A stretch of 64,000 nt of DNA from an uncultured Candidatus Melainabacteria bacterium (GCA_934718085.1 CAKUZL010000003.1:76962-140961), one strand, 5' to 3'; counted from the stretch's first letter, positions 19,456 through 28,931 are shown. The notes: a model not told the origin generated them from the sequence alone. Numbers and translations: made by a program.

Positions 19456-21712
19456 CTTTTAAACTCTTTGTGTACGAACAGTTTTCGTTTAAGCATTCCA
19501 AATGAGGGTTTTTCTTCGAAATTTTTTTGACCAGAACTCCGCCGCATTCGGGGCAACGTTCGGAAACGGGTTCGTTCCAGGAAACAAAATCGCATTTCGG
19601 GTATTTGTTGCAGCCGTAAAAAATTCTTCCGCGTTTTGATTTTTTAACGACAACATCGCCGTCACACCCTTCTTTCGGGCATTTTACTCCGATTTTCTTT
19701 TGAATGCTTTTTCGCACTCCGCACGATTTACATTCCGTGTATTCGCCGTACGGCCCGACTTTTTTGACAAGATCTCCGCCGCATTGTTCGCATTTTTCGT
19801 CGAGCGGTTGTTCGGAAGGAACGCTTGTGTCGGCATTGAGCGGCATCATTGTTTTGCATTCCGGATATCCCGAGCATCCCAAAAATTGCGTTCCGAACCT
19901 GCTTGTCCTGACGACCATCGGTTTTCCGCAATTTGGGCAGGTTTTTCCCGAATCTATCACGACCTGTTTCATGTTTTCGCGCGCCGAATTGACCGTTTTT
20001 GTGAACGGTTCGTAAAAATCTTTTAAAACTTCGTTCCAAACGGCTTTATTTTCGGCAATTTCATCGAGTTTTGCCTCCATTGACGCCGTAAAGTCATAGT
20101 CTACGATGTCTTTAAAATATTCGCATAACTGCCCCGATACGGTTTTTCCGAGAAGGGTCGGTTTCAACGCTTTTTCAAATTTTTCGACGTAGCCTTTCGT
20201 TTGAATTTTCGAAATAATCGGCGCATACGTACTCGGGCGTCCGATTCCGTGTTCTTCCAGCGCTTTGACCAACGACGCTTCGCTGAATCTCGGCGGAGGT
20301 TGTGTGAAGTGCTGTTTCGGGTTGATTTTTTTGAGTTCCTGAACGGTTCCTTCTTTAAACTCCTGCATTTGCGAAAACGTTTCTTCTTCCTCGGAACTCG
20401 TGTAAACCTTCATAAAACCGTCAAAAAGCAACTTTGACGCACTTACCCTGAACATATAATCGCCCGCCGCAATTTCCGCCGAGGAAATTCTGATTTTTGC
20501 GGGTGCGCATTGCGAAGCCGTAAATTTTTCCCAAATCAGTTTATAAAGTCGGTATTGTTCGCTTGTAAGCTTTGACTTGACGCTTTCGGGCGTCCTTTCG
20601 ATGTATGTCGGTCTGATGGCTTCGTGAGCGTCCTGAACCTGTTTTTTCTTGCCGGCTTTAACGTAATTGTTAGGCTTTTCGGGATAATATTCCGCGCCGA
20701 AATTTTGTAAAATAAAATCTTTTGCGGCAGCTTGTGCGTCGTCCGAAATTCTGACCGAATCGGTTCTCATGTAGGTTATAAGACCGACGGGACCCGACCC
20801 GAGGTCAATTCCTTCGTAAAGTTTTTGCGCTATCTGCATTGTTTTTGAAACGCCGTAACCGAGCTTTGAGCTTGCTTCCCGCTGCAAAGTCGACGTTATG
20901 AACGGTGCCGTCGGATTTTTTGTCGTATCTTTTTTGCCGACTTTGGCGACTTTATATTCCAAATCCTTTTGATTTAAGTATTCAAGCGCCTTATCGCATT
21001 CTTCTTTGTTTTTTATTTCAAGTTTTTTGTTCTTGTATTTTACCGCATCCGCAGTGTATTGTTTGCCTTCGTTTGTCAAATCCGCCGAAATTGTCCAGTA
21101 TTCTTCGGGAACAAAAGCTTCAATCAAGGCTTCCCGCTCGCAAATCATTCTCAATGCGACGCTTTGGACTCTTCCCGCCGAAAGTCTGTTGTTTCTGAGC
21201 TTTTCCCACAAAACCGGACTGATTTTGTACCCTACGAGTCTGTCGAGAATTTGACGCGTTTGCTGAGCTTTAACTTTATCCAAATCAATGCTTCGCTTGT
21301 GTTCGACGGCTTCTTTTATGGCTTTCGGGGTAATTTCGTTGAAAACTATCCTTGAAATCTTTTCGTCCGGAACCTTCAAAACCTCGCGAACGTGCCACGC
21401 GATAGCCTCTCCTTCGCGGTCGGGGTCGCTTGCCAGAAAAACTTTGTCGCATTTTTCCGCCAAATCGTTCAATTTCTTTACAACAGCCCGTTTTTCGGGA
21501 ATTACTTCAAAAGTCGGTTTAAAATTGTTTGCAACGTCAAATCCGAGTACTTTCGGGGGAAAATCCCTGATGTGCCCGTAACTTGCTTCAATTTGATAGT
21601 CGCTCCCCAAAATTTTTCCGATGGTTTTTGTTTTGGCGGGAGACTCCACTATTACCAATGTTTTCGATGATTTTTTCGTTTTTGTCGTTGTTTTTTTTGC
21701 CGCTGTTGCCAT
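19448..21712 (-). CDS. topA: DNA topoisomerase I
   Basis: The Toprim motif is LVIVESPAKTKTIGK and the active-site Tyr context is ITYMRTDS. There are multiple C-terminal CxxC zinc ribbons. Confidence 0.95.
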   Translation of the reverse strand: MATAAKKTTTKTKKSSKTLVIVESPAKTKTIGKILGSDYQIEASYGHIRDFPPKVLGFDVANNFKPTFEVIPEKRAVVKKLNDLAEKCDKVFLASDPDREGEAIAWHVREVLKVPDEKISRIVFNEITPKAIKEAVEHKRSIDLDKVKAQQTRQILDRLVGYKISPVLWEKLRNNRLSAGRVQSVALRMICEREALIEAFVPEEYWTISADLTNEGKQYTADAVKYKNKKLEIKNKEECDKALEYLNQKDLEYKVAKVGKKDTTKNPTAPFITSTLQREASSKLGYGVSKTMQIAQKLYEGIDLGSGPVGLITYMRTDSVRISDDAQAAAKDFILQNFGAEYYPEKPNNYVKAGKKKQVQDAHEAIRPTYIERTPESVKSKLTSEQYRLYKLIWEKFTASQCAPAKIRISSAEIAAGDYMFRVSASKLLFDGFMKVYTSSEEEETFSQMQEFKEGTVQELKKINPKQHFTQPPPRFSEASLVKALEEHGIGRPSTYAPIISKIQTKGYVEKFEKALKPTLLGKTVSGQLCEYFKDIVDYDFTASMEAKLDEIAENKAVWNEVLKDFYEPFTKTVNSARENMKQVVIDSGKTCPNCGKPMVVRTSRFGTQFLGCSGYPECKTMMPLNADTSVPSEQPLDEKCEQCGGDLVKKVGPYGEYTECKSCGVRKSIQKKIGVKCPKEGCDGDVVVKKSKRGRIFYGCNKYPKCDFVSWNEPVSERCPECGGVLVKKISKKNPHLECLNENCSYTKSLKDD

Positions 21713-21717
21713 AATGT

Positions 21718-22821
21718 TTATTCCGCTCTGTATGCCGCGCCTTCCGTTTGTGTTATTAACCCTTCAAGTTCAAGCTTTGTTAATATTATCATTAAATCCG
21801 TCGATTTCAAGTCCGTTCGCATCGCAATTTCGTCGAGAGTAAGCGTATCGCGCCGTATCACGTCCAAAACGGCTTTTTCGGGAGAGTCTTCCTCGTACTC
21901 GCAATCGGGTTGTTCGGAGGATTCTGCGCCTTTTACGTCTATTGACCAGCCGTTTGCGTTTAATATATCGGAACTTTCCGTAACTATACCCGCGCCTTCC
22001 TTCAAAAGCTTGTATATGCCTGCCGTGTTGGGGTTCGTTACAGGTCCCGGAATACAAAGGAGTTCTCGGTTATACTCAAGACACAATCGTGCACTGATAA
22101 GCGCACCGCTGTTTAATCCCGCCTCCGCAACCAGCGTGGAGTTTGACATTCCCGTAACGATTCTGTTCCTTTGCGGAAACTGAAACGGCATGGGAATGAC
22201 CTCGGGAAAATATTCCGTCAAAACAAGTCCGCCCGACCGGATTATTTCGTTGAACAACGGAACGTTTCTCGGCGGATAAATATTGTCAAATCCCGCTCCG
22301 AGTACGGCAATCGTCGGCATGTTATATTTAAGGGCCGCTTTGTGTGCGACGGTGTCTATGCCCGCCGCCATGCCCGAAACAATACAAAGATCGCTGTCTT
22401 CGAAGTCCGATAAAATTTTGGTCAATAAAGACGAAGCCGCGGTACTTGCTTTTCTCGAGCCTACAACCGCAAGTTTTCTCGGTAATTTAAGAAGGTCGGT
22501 GTTACCTTCGTAAAAAAGTAACCCCGGCGGATCGGGAATGTTCCTGAGCAACTCGGGATAAATTTCGTCTTCGTATGTGAAGAACTTAAGATTTTTCTTT
22601 TTAATATCGTCCAAAACCGCATTAGGATTGATTTTATTCCTTCGTTTCAAAAAGTTGTTTGCTTTTGTTTCGGATAAAAATTCATACAGCAAAAGCTCGG
22701 ATAAATCGGCTTTCCAAACTTTGTCGATTCCTCCGAGTCTTTCACATAAAAATTTTATGCAAGCTTTATCAAACGTGCGTTCCAACGCAAATGCCGCTCG
22801 ATATTTTTCCGTGTCGTTCAT
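21718..22821 (-). CDS. dprA: DNA processing protein DprA
   Basis: The Rossmann-like DprA core motifs are VVGSRKAS and IVSGMAAGIDTVAHKAAL. A C-terminal winged-helix tail is present. Confidence 0.9.
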   Translation of the reverse strand: MNDTEKYRAAFALERTFDKACIKFLCERLGGIDKVWKADLSELLLYEFLSETKANNFLKRRNKINPNAVLDDIKKKNLKFFTYEDEIYPELLRNIPDPPGLLFYEGNTDLLKLPRKLAVVGSRKASTAASSLLTKILSDFEDSDLCIVSGMAAGIDTVAHKAALKYNMPTIAVLGAGFDNIYPPRNVPLFNEIIRSGGLVLTEYFPEVIPMPFQFPQRNRIVTGMSNSTLVAEAGLNSGALISARLCLEYNRELLCIPGPVTNPNTAGIYKLLKEGAGIVTESSDILNANGWSIDVKGAESSEQPDCEYEEDSPEKAVLDVIRRDTLTLDEIAMRTDLKSTDLMIILTKLELEGLITQTEGAAYRAE

Positions 22822-22823
22822 AC

Positions 22824-23045
22824 CTAAACAATAACGTTAAGTTTTTTTGCGTTCTTGCCGTTGCCTGCAAGTTTTTCGTACGCATCTTTATAGTACGCAG
22901 CCAATCTGCATGCCATATCATACTTTTGTTCCATTAATTCGTTCTTTACGGCAGGTGCATTTTTTGCCGAACTGCCAATCTCTCTCAAACTTTTTGTCGT
23001 AGGTGCCGCTTTAAAGCTCGGACCCGAAACAGGTTTTAAATTCAT
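22824..23045 (-). CDS. hypothetical 73-aa protein immediately upstream of dprA
   Basis: The ORF ends 2 nt before the dprA ATG. No family was recognised. Confidence 0.45.
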   Translation of the reverse strand: MNLKPVSGPSFKAAPTTKSLREIGSSAKNAPAVKNELMEQKYDMACRLAAYYKDAYEKLAGNGKNAKKLNVIV

Positions 23046-23129
23046 AACATCCCCGCATGATTTTACTGTAATAACAAATTTAATCTAGCACATAATTTTT
23101 CTTTTTTCAAGTCCTCTTTATAATATATT

Positions 23130-23795
23130 TTAAACTATACCTTCTTTTAATGCTTTCACCGCAGCTTGAGTTCTGTCGTCAACAACCAATTTTTGAATGA
23201 TGTTGCAAACGTGAGCTTTTGCCGTATGTTCGCTGATACTGAGTATTTTGGCTATATCGTTGTTTGATTTCCCGTCAACGACCAGTTTTAAAACTTCGTA
23301 TTCGCGTTCGGTTAAATCGGCATGCTGAGAGCGAAAAGCGGCTCTTCCCGTTTGTTTCTTCGGAAGCACCGTTCCTCCTTTATCGCGAATAAGCGGCACT
23401 ATGTGGGGGTCAAGCCAGACTGCGCCTTGTTTTACAGATTTTATTATCATTTTTAAAATTTCGGTATTTACATCTTTCATAACATACGCATATATCCCTA
23501 AAGCAAGCGCAGCTTTGATTTCCGCCTCGTCTGAGTGCGATGTCAAAATAATAATTTTCGTTTGCGGCAACCTTTCGAGAATGGTCTTTGATGCCTTAAT
23601 CCCGCTTATATCGGGTAATCCGATATCCATAAGAATAATCTCGGGGTTGGCGGACATTGCCTTTTCTATCGCCTCTTTGCCCGTTGCAGCCTCTGCACAC
23701 ACCTTAAACATTCCGTCTTCTTCAAGCAAAAATTTCATTCCGAGCCGCATTAACTTGTGGTCTTCAGCTAACATTACTTTTATTGCATTTTCCAT
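23130..23795 (-). CDS. NarL/FixJ (LuxR-HTH) family response regulator, no kinase adjacent
   Basis: The receiver motif is ILMDIGLPDISG. The LuxR-type HTH region is LTEREYEVLKLVVDGKSNNDIAKILSISEHTAKAHVCNIIQKL. Confidence 0.9.
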   Translation of the reverse strand: MENAIKVMLAEDHKLMRLGMKFLLEEDGMFKVCAEAATGKEAIEKAMSANPEIILMDIGLPDISGIKASKTILERLPQTKIIILTSHSDEAEIKAALALGIYAYVMKDVNTEILKMIIKSVKQGAVWLDPHIVPLIRDKGGTVLPKKQTGRAAFRSQHADLTEREYEVLKLVVDGKSNNDIAKILSISEHTAKAHVCNIIQKLVVDDRTQAAVKALKEGIV

Positions 23796-23846
23796 TTTAT
23801 TTTCCTCTCGTTTAAAATATATTTAAATTTTTTCCCTCTTTAAACC

Positions 23847-23866
23847 TCCGAAAAAATTTTTTCGGA
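23847..23866. promoter_or_regulatory. perfect 20-bp palindrome TCCGAAAAAATTTTTTCGGA 52 nt upstream of the response-regulator ATG
   Basis: I read it directly from the sequence. It sits at the edge of a roughly 430-nt very AT-rich divergent intergenic region. Confidence 0.5.
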
Positions 23867-24282
23867 ATTATTTCAACACGATTTAAAAAATTATTTTTTA
23901 TAAAAAATAAAAAAAGAAAAATTTTTTACACATTAACAATATTTCTATTCGAAATATAAAGATAACACCATATCAAAAACAAAATAAAATATCACTACAT
24001 ATCTAATCGACATACAATGATAAATAGATAAAGTCATAGAGTGGTTATCATTTTATATCGTATAGATTTATATTGATAATCATTTGATAATTTATCTTAA
24101 AAAATGTACAAATTATTTTTTAATATTATTTTGTCAGAGTTTGCATGCATTAGTGCTCCGGCTCGTTATCGAGAATTAATTAAAAATCGGTAAGTTGTGT
24201 ATGTATCGGAGTTTTTCAAAACGGCATGCCTGCCCGTAATGTACTCCCTTCATTTTTGATTTACAATTGTTTCGGAGGGATT

Positions 24283-25344
24283 ATGTTTGATAATTTTCGC
24301 TTTTTTTTGACGGATGACGGCTCTGTCGGGCTTTATAATTTTGATGTCGAAGATATTTATCATTCGCGCACCGGCGCGTATACCGAGGCTAAACAAAAAT
24401 TTCTCGAGGCTTCGGGATTTGAAAATTTTACACCCGTAAATAAAACAGTAAAGCTTTTCGACATTTGTACAGGTATCGGATACAATATCAAAACGGCAAT
24501 CGAGTCCGCAATAAAAAAAGGGTTATCTCTCGAAATCGATTCTTTCGAACTTGATAAATCTGTTGTTTTTCTCTCGCCGTTTATTAAAGACGGTATTGTA
24601 TCACCGGTTCCTGATTTTGTGATTTTAAAAAATCTTCTTGAAAGATTCCCTGAATATTCCGAATTTCTTGAGCAAAATATTGAGTTTTTAAACAAAATTG
24701 CACAGTCGTTTTTAAGACGCGATATGCTCCCGATTATTCAATTTTTGATATCATCACCCGATAAATCCTTTCCTCGTCTCTTAGAGTACGTGCATTTACA
24801 TAATATATATTATCATAATATATCGGACAGCATGAAAAACGGTTTGAAACCCTTTGATTTTGACAATGTAAAAATCAACTTTCATATCGGCGATGCAAGA
24901 AAAACTCTGCCCATGGTTCAAACTTGTCCTGATTTTGTTTTTCACGACGGATTTACTCCATCAAAACAGCCGGTTTTATGGTCGTATGACTTTTTGAACG
25001 TTATAAGATCGAAAATGAAACCGAGTTCGGTTTTTGCAACATATTCAAATACGTTGTCGGTTCGCTCGGCGTTGAAAAACCTCGGATTCTGTCTCGGAAA
25101 AACCGTTATCGACGGAAAGCAGTTCGGAACTGTCGCTTCACTTAATGCCGATAAAATTGCTAACCCTCTTGACGATTTCGATTGCGGGTTGCTCGAAACC
25201 AAAACGGCAATAAATTTTCGCGACGAAACTTTATCCGCTTCGTCCGATGAAATTTTGTTAAGATATAACACCGAATACGAAAACAGTGATAAAATCAGTG
25301 CAGGAAAGTACAAAAAATTGAACGGTTATCATGCTGAAATTTGA
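24283..25344 (+). CDS. mnmD: MnmC-methyltransferase-domain (MnmD-like) tRNA mnm5s2U methyltransferase homologue
   Basis: I chose the start at ATG 24283, which has a GGAGGG SD; the ORF-track start is 24226. Motifs TDDGSVGLYNFDVEDIYHSRTGAYTEA, DICTGIGYN and HDGFTPSKQPVLWSYDFL..ATYS..VRSALKNLGF are present. Confidence 0.7.
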   Translation: MFDNFRFFLTDDGSVGLYNFDVEDIYHSRTGAYTEAKQKFLEASGFENFTPVNKTVKLFDICTGIGYNIKTAIESAIKKGLSLEIDSFELDKSVVFLSPFIKDGIVSPVPDFVILKNLLERFPEYSEFLEQNIEFLNKIAQSFLRRDMLPIIQFLISSPDKSFPRLLEYVHLHNIYYHNISDSMKNGLKPFDFDNVKINFHIGDARKTLPMVQTCPDFVFHDGFTPSKQPVLWSYDFLNVIRSKMKPSSVFATYSNTLSVRSALKNLGFCLGKTVIDGKQFGTVASLNADKIANPLDDFDCGLLETKTAINFRDETLSASSDEILLRYNTEYENSDKISAGKYKKLNGYHAEI

Positions 25345-26569
25345 TTTAACGGTAGTCGGCGGTGGTGCGGCGGGGCTTGCGTGCGCTTACATCGCGGCAA
25401 AACACGGATTGAAAACTTTGCTTGTCGAAAAACAATTGTTTTTGGGCGGGTTGATGACACTCGGGCAGGTAATTCCCGTAATGAAAACCTGCGACGAAGG
25501 CATAAACGTTGAGTTTTACCGCGACTTAATCAAATTTATGCGTGATAAAAAAGCTCAAATTACTTACTGTGACAGTAATGAAGGCTGGTTTAATCCGGAG
25601 TTGCTCAAAATTTATCTTCCGCTTATGCTGAAATCGGTCGGGGTAAAAATTCTATCCGACTCAAAAATTGTTAAAATAAACGAAGGACATAAATGCAAAG
25701 TTCTTTCGAGAGGTTTATCGGTATATTTCGAAACGAATTATTTTGTAGACGCTACAGGTAACGGAAATTTTTCTTGTGAATTTTTCGGAAAAATTTTTTT
25801 ACCGAAAGAAAATTTTTCTCAGGCAGAATCGCTGAGATTTATTTTGGGCGGAATAAATTCGAAAAAATTTGTCGACTTTTTGAAAAATTCAGACGATAAC
25901 GGCGATATTTCGACATTTTGCAATGTCGACGGCGACATTTATTTTTCGACTTCGTACACACGAAATTCCGAAAAATCAAAGGTTTTAAAGCCCTTATTCG
26001 AAAAAGCGGTTGCGGGAAAAGTCTTAAAACCCTCCGATAGCGAGTATTTTCAGATGTTTTCGGTGCCAAAAATGCCGGGGTGCGTATCGTTCAATTGTCC
26101 TCGAATTTACCCCGGGAATACGCCTTTTGACCGTGCCGAAGCTTACATTGCGGGAGGAGAGCAAATTCTACGTTATATTGATTTTTGTAAAGATTTTTTA
26201 CCGGGGTTCGAAAACTGCTTTTTATCGTCGATTGCAACGGTTCCCGGGCTAAGAGAAGAATCAAGAGTTCAGTGCGAGCATGTTTTTTCGGAAGACGACA
26301 TTTTATCGGATAAAATTCCCGAAAACCCCGCTTTTGCGTCGGATTATCCGTTTGATATTCACGGTAAAAAAAACGTTCTCGAGAAGTCGAAAAATTCGAT
26401 ATGGTACATGCCTTTTGATACGCTTCGTTGTACCGAAAATCTGTTCGTTGTCGGAAGGTGCATGAGCGCGACGCTGAAAGCTCATTCCGCTGCAAGAACC
26501 CAGAAAAATTGCTTTTCGGCAGGCGAGTCGGTTGCAAAGTATTTAATAAAATTAAAAAAACTCGGCTGA
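25331..26569 (+). CDS. FAD-dependent oxidoreductase (GG-motif Rossmann, FAD_oxidored-like rather than DAO-like)
   Basis: The N-terminus is DLTVVGGGAAGLACAYIAAKHGLKTLLVEKQLFLGG. 14-nt overlap with the preceding methyltransferase gene. Confidence 0.8.
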   Translation: MLKFDLTVVGGGAAGLACAYIAAKHGLKTLLVEKQLFLGGLMTLGQVIPVMKTCDEGINVEFYRDLIKFMRDKKAQITYCDSNEGWFNPELLKIYLPLMLKSVGVKILSDSKIVKINEGHKCKVLSRGLSVYFETNYFVDATGNGNFSCEFFGKIFLPKENFSQAESLRFILGGINSKKFVDFLKNSDDNGDISTFCNVDGDIYFSTSYTRNSEKSKVLKPLFEKAVAGKVLKPSDSEYFQMFSVPKMPGCVSFNCPRIYPGNTPFDRAEAYIAGGEQILRYIDFCKDFLPGFENCFLSSIATVPGLREESRVQCEHVFSEDDILSDKIPENPAFASDYPFDIHGKKNVLEKSKNSIWYMPFDTLRCTENLFVVGRCMSATLKAHSAARTQKNCFSAGESVAKYLIKLKKLG

Positions 26570-26618
26570 TTTTTTGTTTTTGTTATAATAATATTGATAT
26601 TAAAAAGAGGCTGATATA

Positions 26619-27605
26619 ATGACTGATATTTATTTGGGTATAGACGTAGGCTCGGTCACGACGAAGCTTGCGGCAATCGACACCGAAGGCAAATGCCTTG
26701 ACTGTTTTATGATAAGAACTTCGGGACAGCCCGTAAAAGCGGTTCAAACGGGCTTAAACGGTTTGTTCGGACAGGCAAAGACCGAATATAATGTTCTCGG
26801 AGTCGGAACGACCGGTTCGGGCCGTTCTCTTGCGGGTGCGCTTGTCGGGGCGGATATCGTGAAAAACGAAATTACCGCACACGCCGTTGCAGCGGGTACT
26901 TACGTTCCCGGTGTTCAAACCATTCTCGAAATCGGCGGGCAAGACTCGAAAATTATTATATTGCGAGACGGTATCGTAACCGATTTTGCAATGAACACCG
27001 TTTGTGCGGCGGGTACGGGAAGTTTTCTCGACCAGCAGTCCTCACGTTTGAACGTACCAATTCAAGATTTCGGAGATTTGGCGTTAAAATCGACTTCGCC
27101 CGCAAGAATCGCCGGACGTTGCGGTGTTTTTGCGGAAAGCGACCTTATTCACAAACAACAACTCGGATATCCCCGTGAAGACTTACTTTACGGACTTTGT
27201 CTCGCGTTGGTCAGAAACTACCTCAGCAACCTGGCTTTAGGCAAAGAAATCTTGCCGATTGTGTCGTTCCAGGGCGGTGTCGCGACAAACAAAGGCATGG
27301 TTAAGGCGTTTGAGGAAACTCTCGGCATGGAAATCGTCGTTCCCGAAAATCACCAAAACATGGGGGCAATCGGTGCCGCGCTTCTTGCGATGGAAAATCA
27401 TCAATACACGGGTGCTCCGACGAAGTTTAAGGGCAGTTGCGTCGGAGATATGGTGTTTCACTCCAAAACGACTCAGTGCAACGGGTGCTCGAACAATTGC
27501 GAAATCATCACGATTACGCAGGAAGATCCCGAAGATTCTTCGAAAAAGAAAATCATCGCACGTTGGGGCGGCACTTGCGGCAAATGGGATTTAGCCGCCG
27601 ATTAG
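26619..27605 (+). CDS. BadF/BadG/BcrA/BcrD (HgdC-type) ATPase activase with Cys-rich C-terminal extension
   Basis: Motifs IYLGIDVGSVTTK, LEIGGQDSKII and the cluster Cys contexts NTVCAAGTGSFLD and CGVFAESD are present. The tail is CNGCSNNC...WGGTCGKW. It has its own TGtTATAAT at 26581-26589 and an AAGAGG SD. Confidence 0.8.
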   Translation: MTDIYLGIDVGSVTTKLAAIDTEGKCLDCFMIRTSGQPVKAVQTGLNGLFGQAKTEYNVLGVGTTGSGRSLAGALVGADIVKNEITAHAVAAGTYVPGVQTILEIGGQDSKIIILRDGIVTDFAMNTVCAAGTGSFLDQQSSRLNVPIQDFGDLALKSTSPARIAGRCGVFAESDLIHKQQLGYPREDLLYGLCLALVRNYLSNLALGKEILPIVSFQGGVATNKGMVKAFEETLGMEIVVPENHQNMGAIGAALLAMENHQYTGAPTKFKGSCVGDMVFHSKTTQCNGCSNNCEIITITQEDPEDSSKKKIIARWGGTCGKWDLAAD

Positions 27606-28289
27606 TGCTCCGAAAACGTCTTTATAGATAAATAACGCGATAACGATGAAAATTATTCCGCTGAGCTTGATAAGTACGGCGGAATATTTTTGAAATTTTC
27701 TGAACCCTTTAAGTACCGAAGCGAACATGCCCGCCAACACAACGGGGACGCATTGTCCGAGAGCGAACGAAAACAGCATTAAAAAAGCGGTCTCGGGCTT
27801 TTTGGCAATTGTTGCGGCACCGATAATTGCTACGAGCACGGGAGACGAGCAAGGAGATGCCGTTAATGCGAAGAAAATCCCGACCAAAAACGGATAGACA
27901 ATGACGTTCAATCCGTTGTTTTCGGGGATTTTGGTCACAAAAGCGGGTAGGGTAAAGTTCAAAACGCCGAGCAGACTCAAGCCCAAAACCGTGAGCAAAG
28001 AAGCAAACAAAAGCAGTAAAACCGACGAATTTCCGCCCGCAAAAACGCTGCCTGTCATTGCGCAGACGACGCCGATTATTGCCAATACCGACGAAAGTCC
28101 CAAGCAAAACGACAGAAGTTTTAAAAACAGATTTTTTTTGGTTGAAGATTTATCGACTCCGCAAACGTACGCCAAAATCAACGGTAAAATGCCCAACGTA
28201 CAGGGCGAAAGCGATGTAATCAACCCTCCCGCAAAGCTTCCCGCAACGGCGACGGGAACCGATATATTCATTAAATTTTCGCTTATCAT
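27591..28289 (-). CDS. ccdA: cytochrome c biogenesis / thiol-disulfide transporter CcdA (DsbD family)
   Basis: This multi-TM protein has the two conserved Cys contexts LSPCTLGILPL and ASPCSSPVL. 15-nt tail-to-tail overlap with the activase gene. Confidence 0.85.
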   Translation of the reverse strand: MISENLMNISVPVAVAGSFAGGLITSLSPCTLGILPLILAYVCGVDKSSTKKNLFLKLLSFCLGLSSVLAIIGVVCAMTGSVFAGGNSSVLLLLFASLLTVLGLSLLGVLNFTLPAFVTKIPENNGLNVIVYPFLVGIFFALTASPCSSPVLVAIIGAATIAKKPETAFLMLFSFALGQCVPVVLAGMFASVLKGFRKFQKYSAVLIKLSGIIFIVIALFIYKDVFGALIGG

Positions 28290-28675
28290 AACAATTTATC
28301 CGCTTTTTGACAAAATTCTTCTTTCGAAAGCGCGCCTTCCGCACGGGAAACTTCATGTCCGTTTTTGTCGGTAAAAACAGACGTCGGAACAAGATATACA
28401 TTATATTTCTTTACTTTTTCCTGCACTGATGCGTCCGAATTTGTCGCGTTTATTTTTATAACATCGATTTTATCTTTATATAATTCTTTGACTTCGTCGG
28501 CGACGGGTGCAAAACGCTTGCATTCACCGCACATCGGCGACGAGAAAATATATACCGCCGGGCGTCCGTCAGCTGCCACGGCCTCGTTTTGAACGTTTCC
28601 TCCGAAATGCGAAATCGCCGCATATATCGCCAACGGGACTATAAAAATTAATCCTGCTATAATTTTGTTTTTCAT
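28286..28675 (-). CDS. membrane-anchored thioredoxin-like protein (CGEC active site)
   Basis: An N-terminal TM anchor is followed by a thioredoxin fold with SSPMCGECKRF. 4-nt overlap with ccdA. AGAGGTG SD lies upstream. Confidence 0.75.
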   Translation of the reverse strand: MKNKIIAGLIFIVPLAIYAAISHFGGNVQNEAVAADGRPAVYIFSSPMCGECKRFAPVADEVKELYKDKIDVIKINATNSDASVQEKVKKYNVYLVPTSVFTDKNGHEVSRAEGALSKEEFCQKADKLL

Positions 28676-28760
28676 TGATACACCTCTGCTTTCAACAAGG
28701 TAAATAATACCTTCCCTACACGCAAATTATATCGTACGAAAGGATAATTTAAAAGTCCGG

Positions 28761-28931
28761 TTACAAATCTTCGGGAAGAAAAAACGGCTCTTTTTCAATA
28801 GCTTTCCTGATTTTGGACGCCTCTTTGCCGCTTTTTGCCAAAAGAAAAAATTTTTCCGCTACCGCAAATACGTCTTCCGTGCACATTCTGATTAATCTTC
28901 GTCCCTTTTTGTTTTCAATGATTTTTGCCAT
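28761..28931 (-). CDS. hypothetical 56-aa basic protein (alternative TTG start at 29030 gives 89 aa)
   Basis: ATG 28931 has a GGGAGA SD 6 nt upstream. The ORF-track start is a TTG without an SD. Confidence 0.35.
   Translation of the reverse strand: MAKIIENKKGRRLIRMCTEDVFAVAEKFFLLAKSGKEASKIRKAIEKEPFFLPEDL

Noticed and set aside
22824-23045. A shared SFKA tetrapeptide near the N-termini of the 73-aa protein and the 354-aa orphan (50728-51792), as a possible common targeting motif
   Set aside because: It is only a 4-residue match in different sequence contexts, which is insufficient without a genome-wide survey.
24074-24096. A Fur-box-like element TGATAATCATTTGATAATTTATC
   Set aside because: It resembles GATAAT hexamer arrays, but it lies in sequence where A/T-only motifs arise by chance. 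Neither flanking gene is iron-related.
23870-24225. The AT-rich spacer as a replication origin
   Set aside because: I found no DnaA-box matches (TTATCCACA or TTTTCCACA) with 1 mismatch or fewer. No dnaA, dnaN or gidA neighbours are present. Divergent promoters are sufficient to explain the AT-richness.
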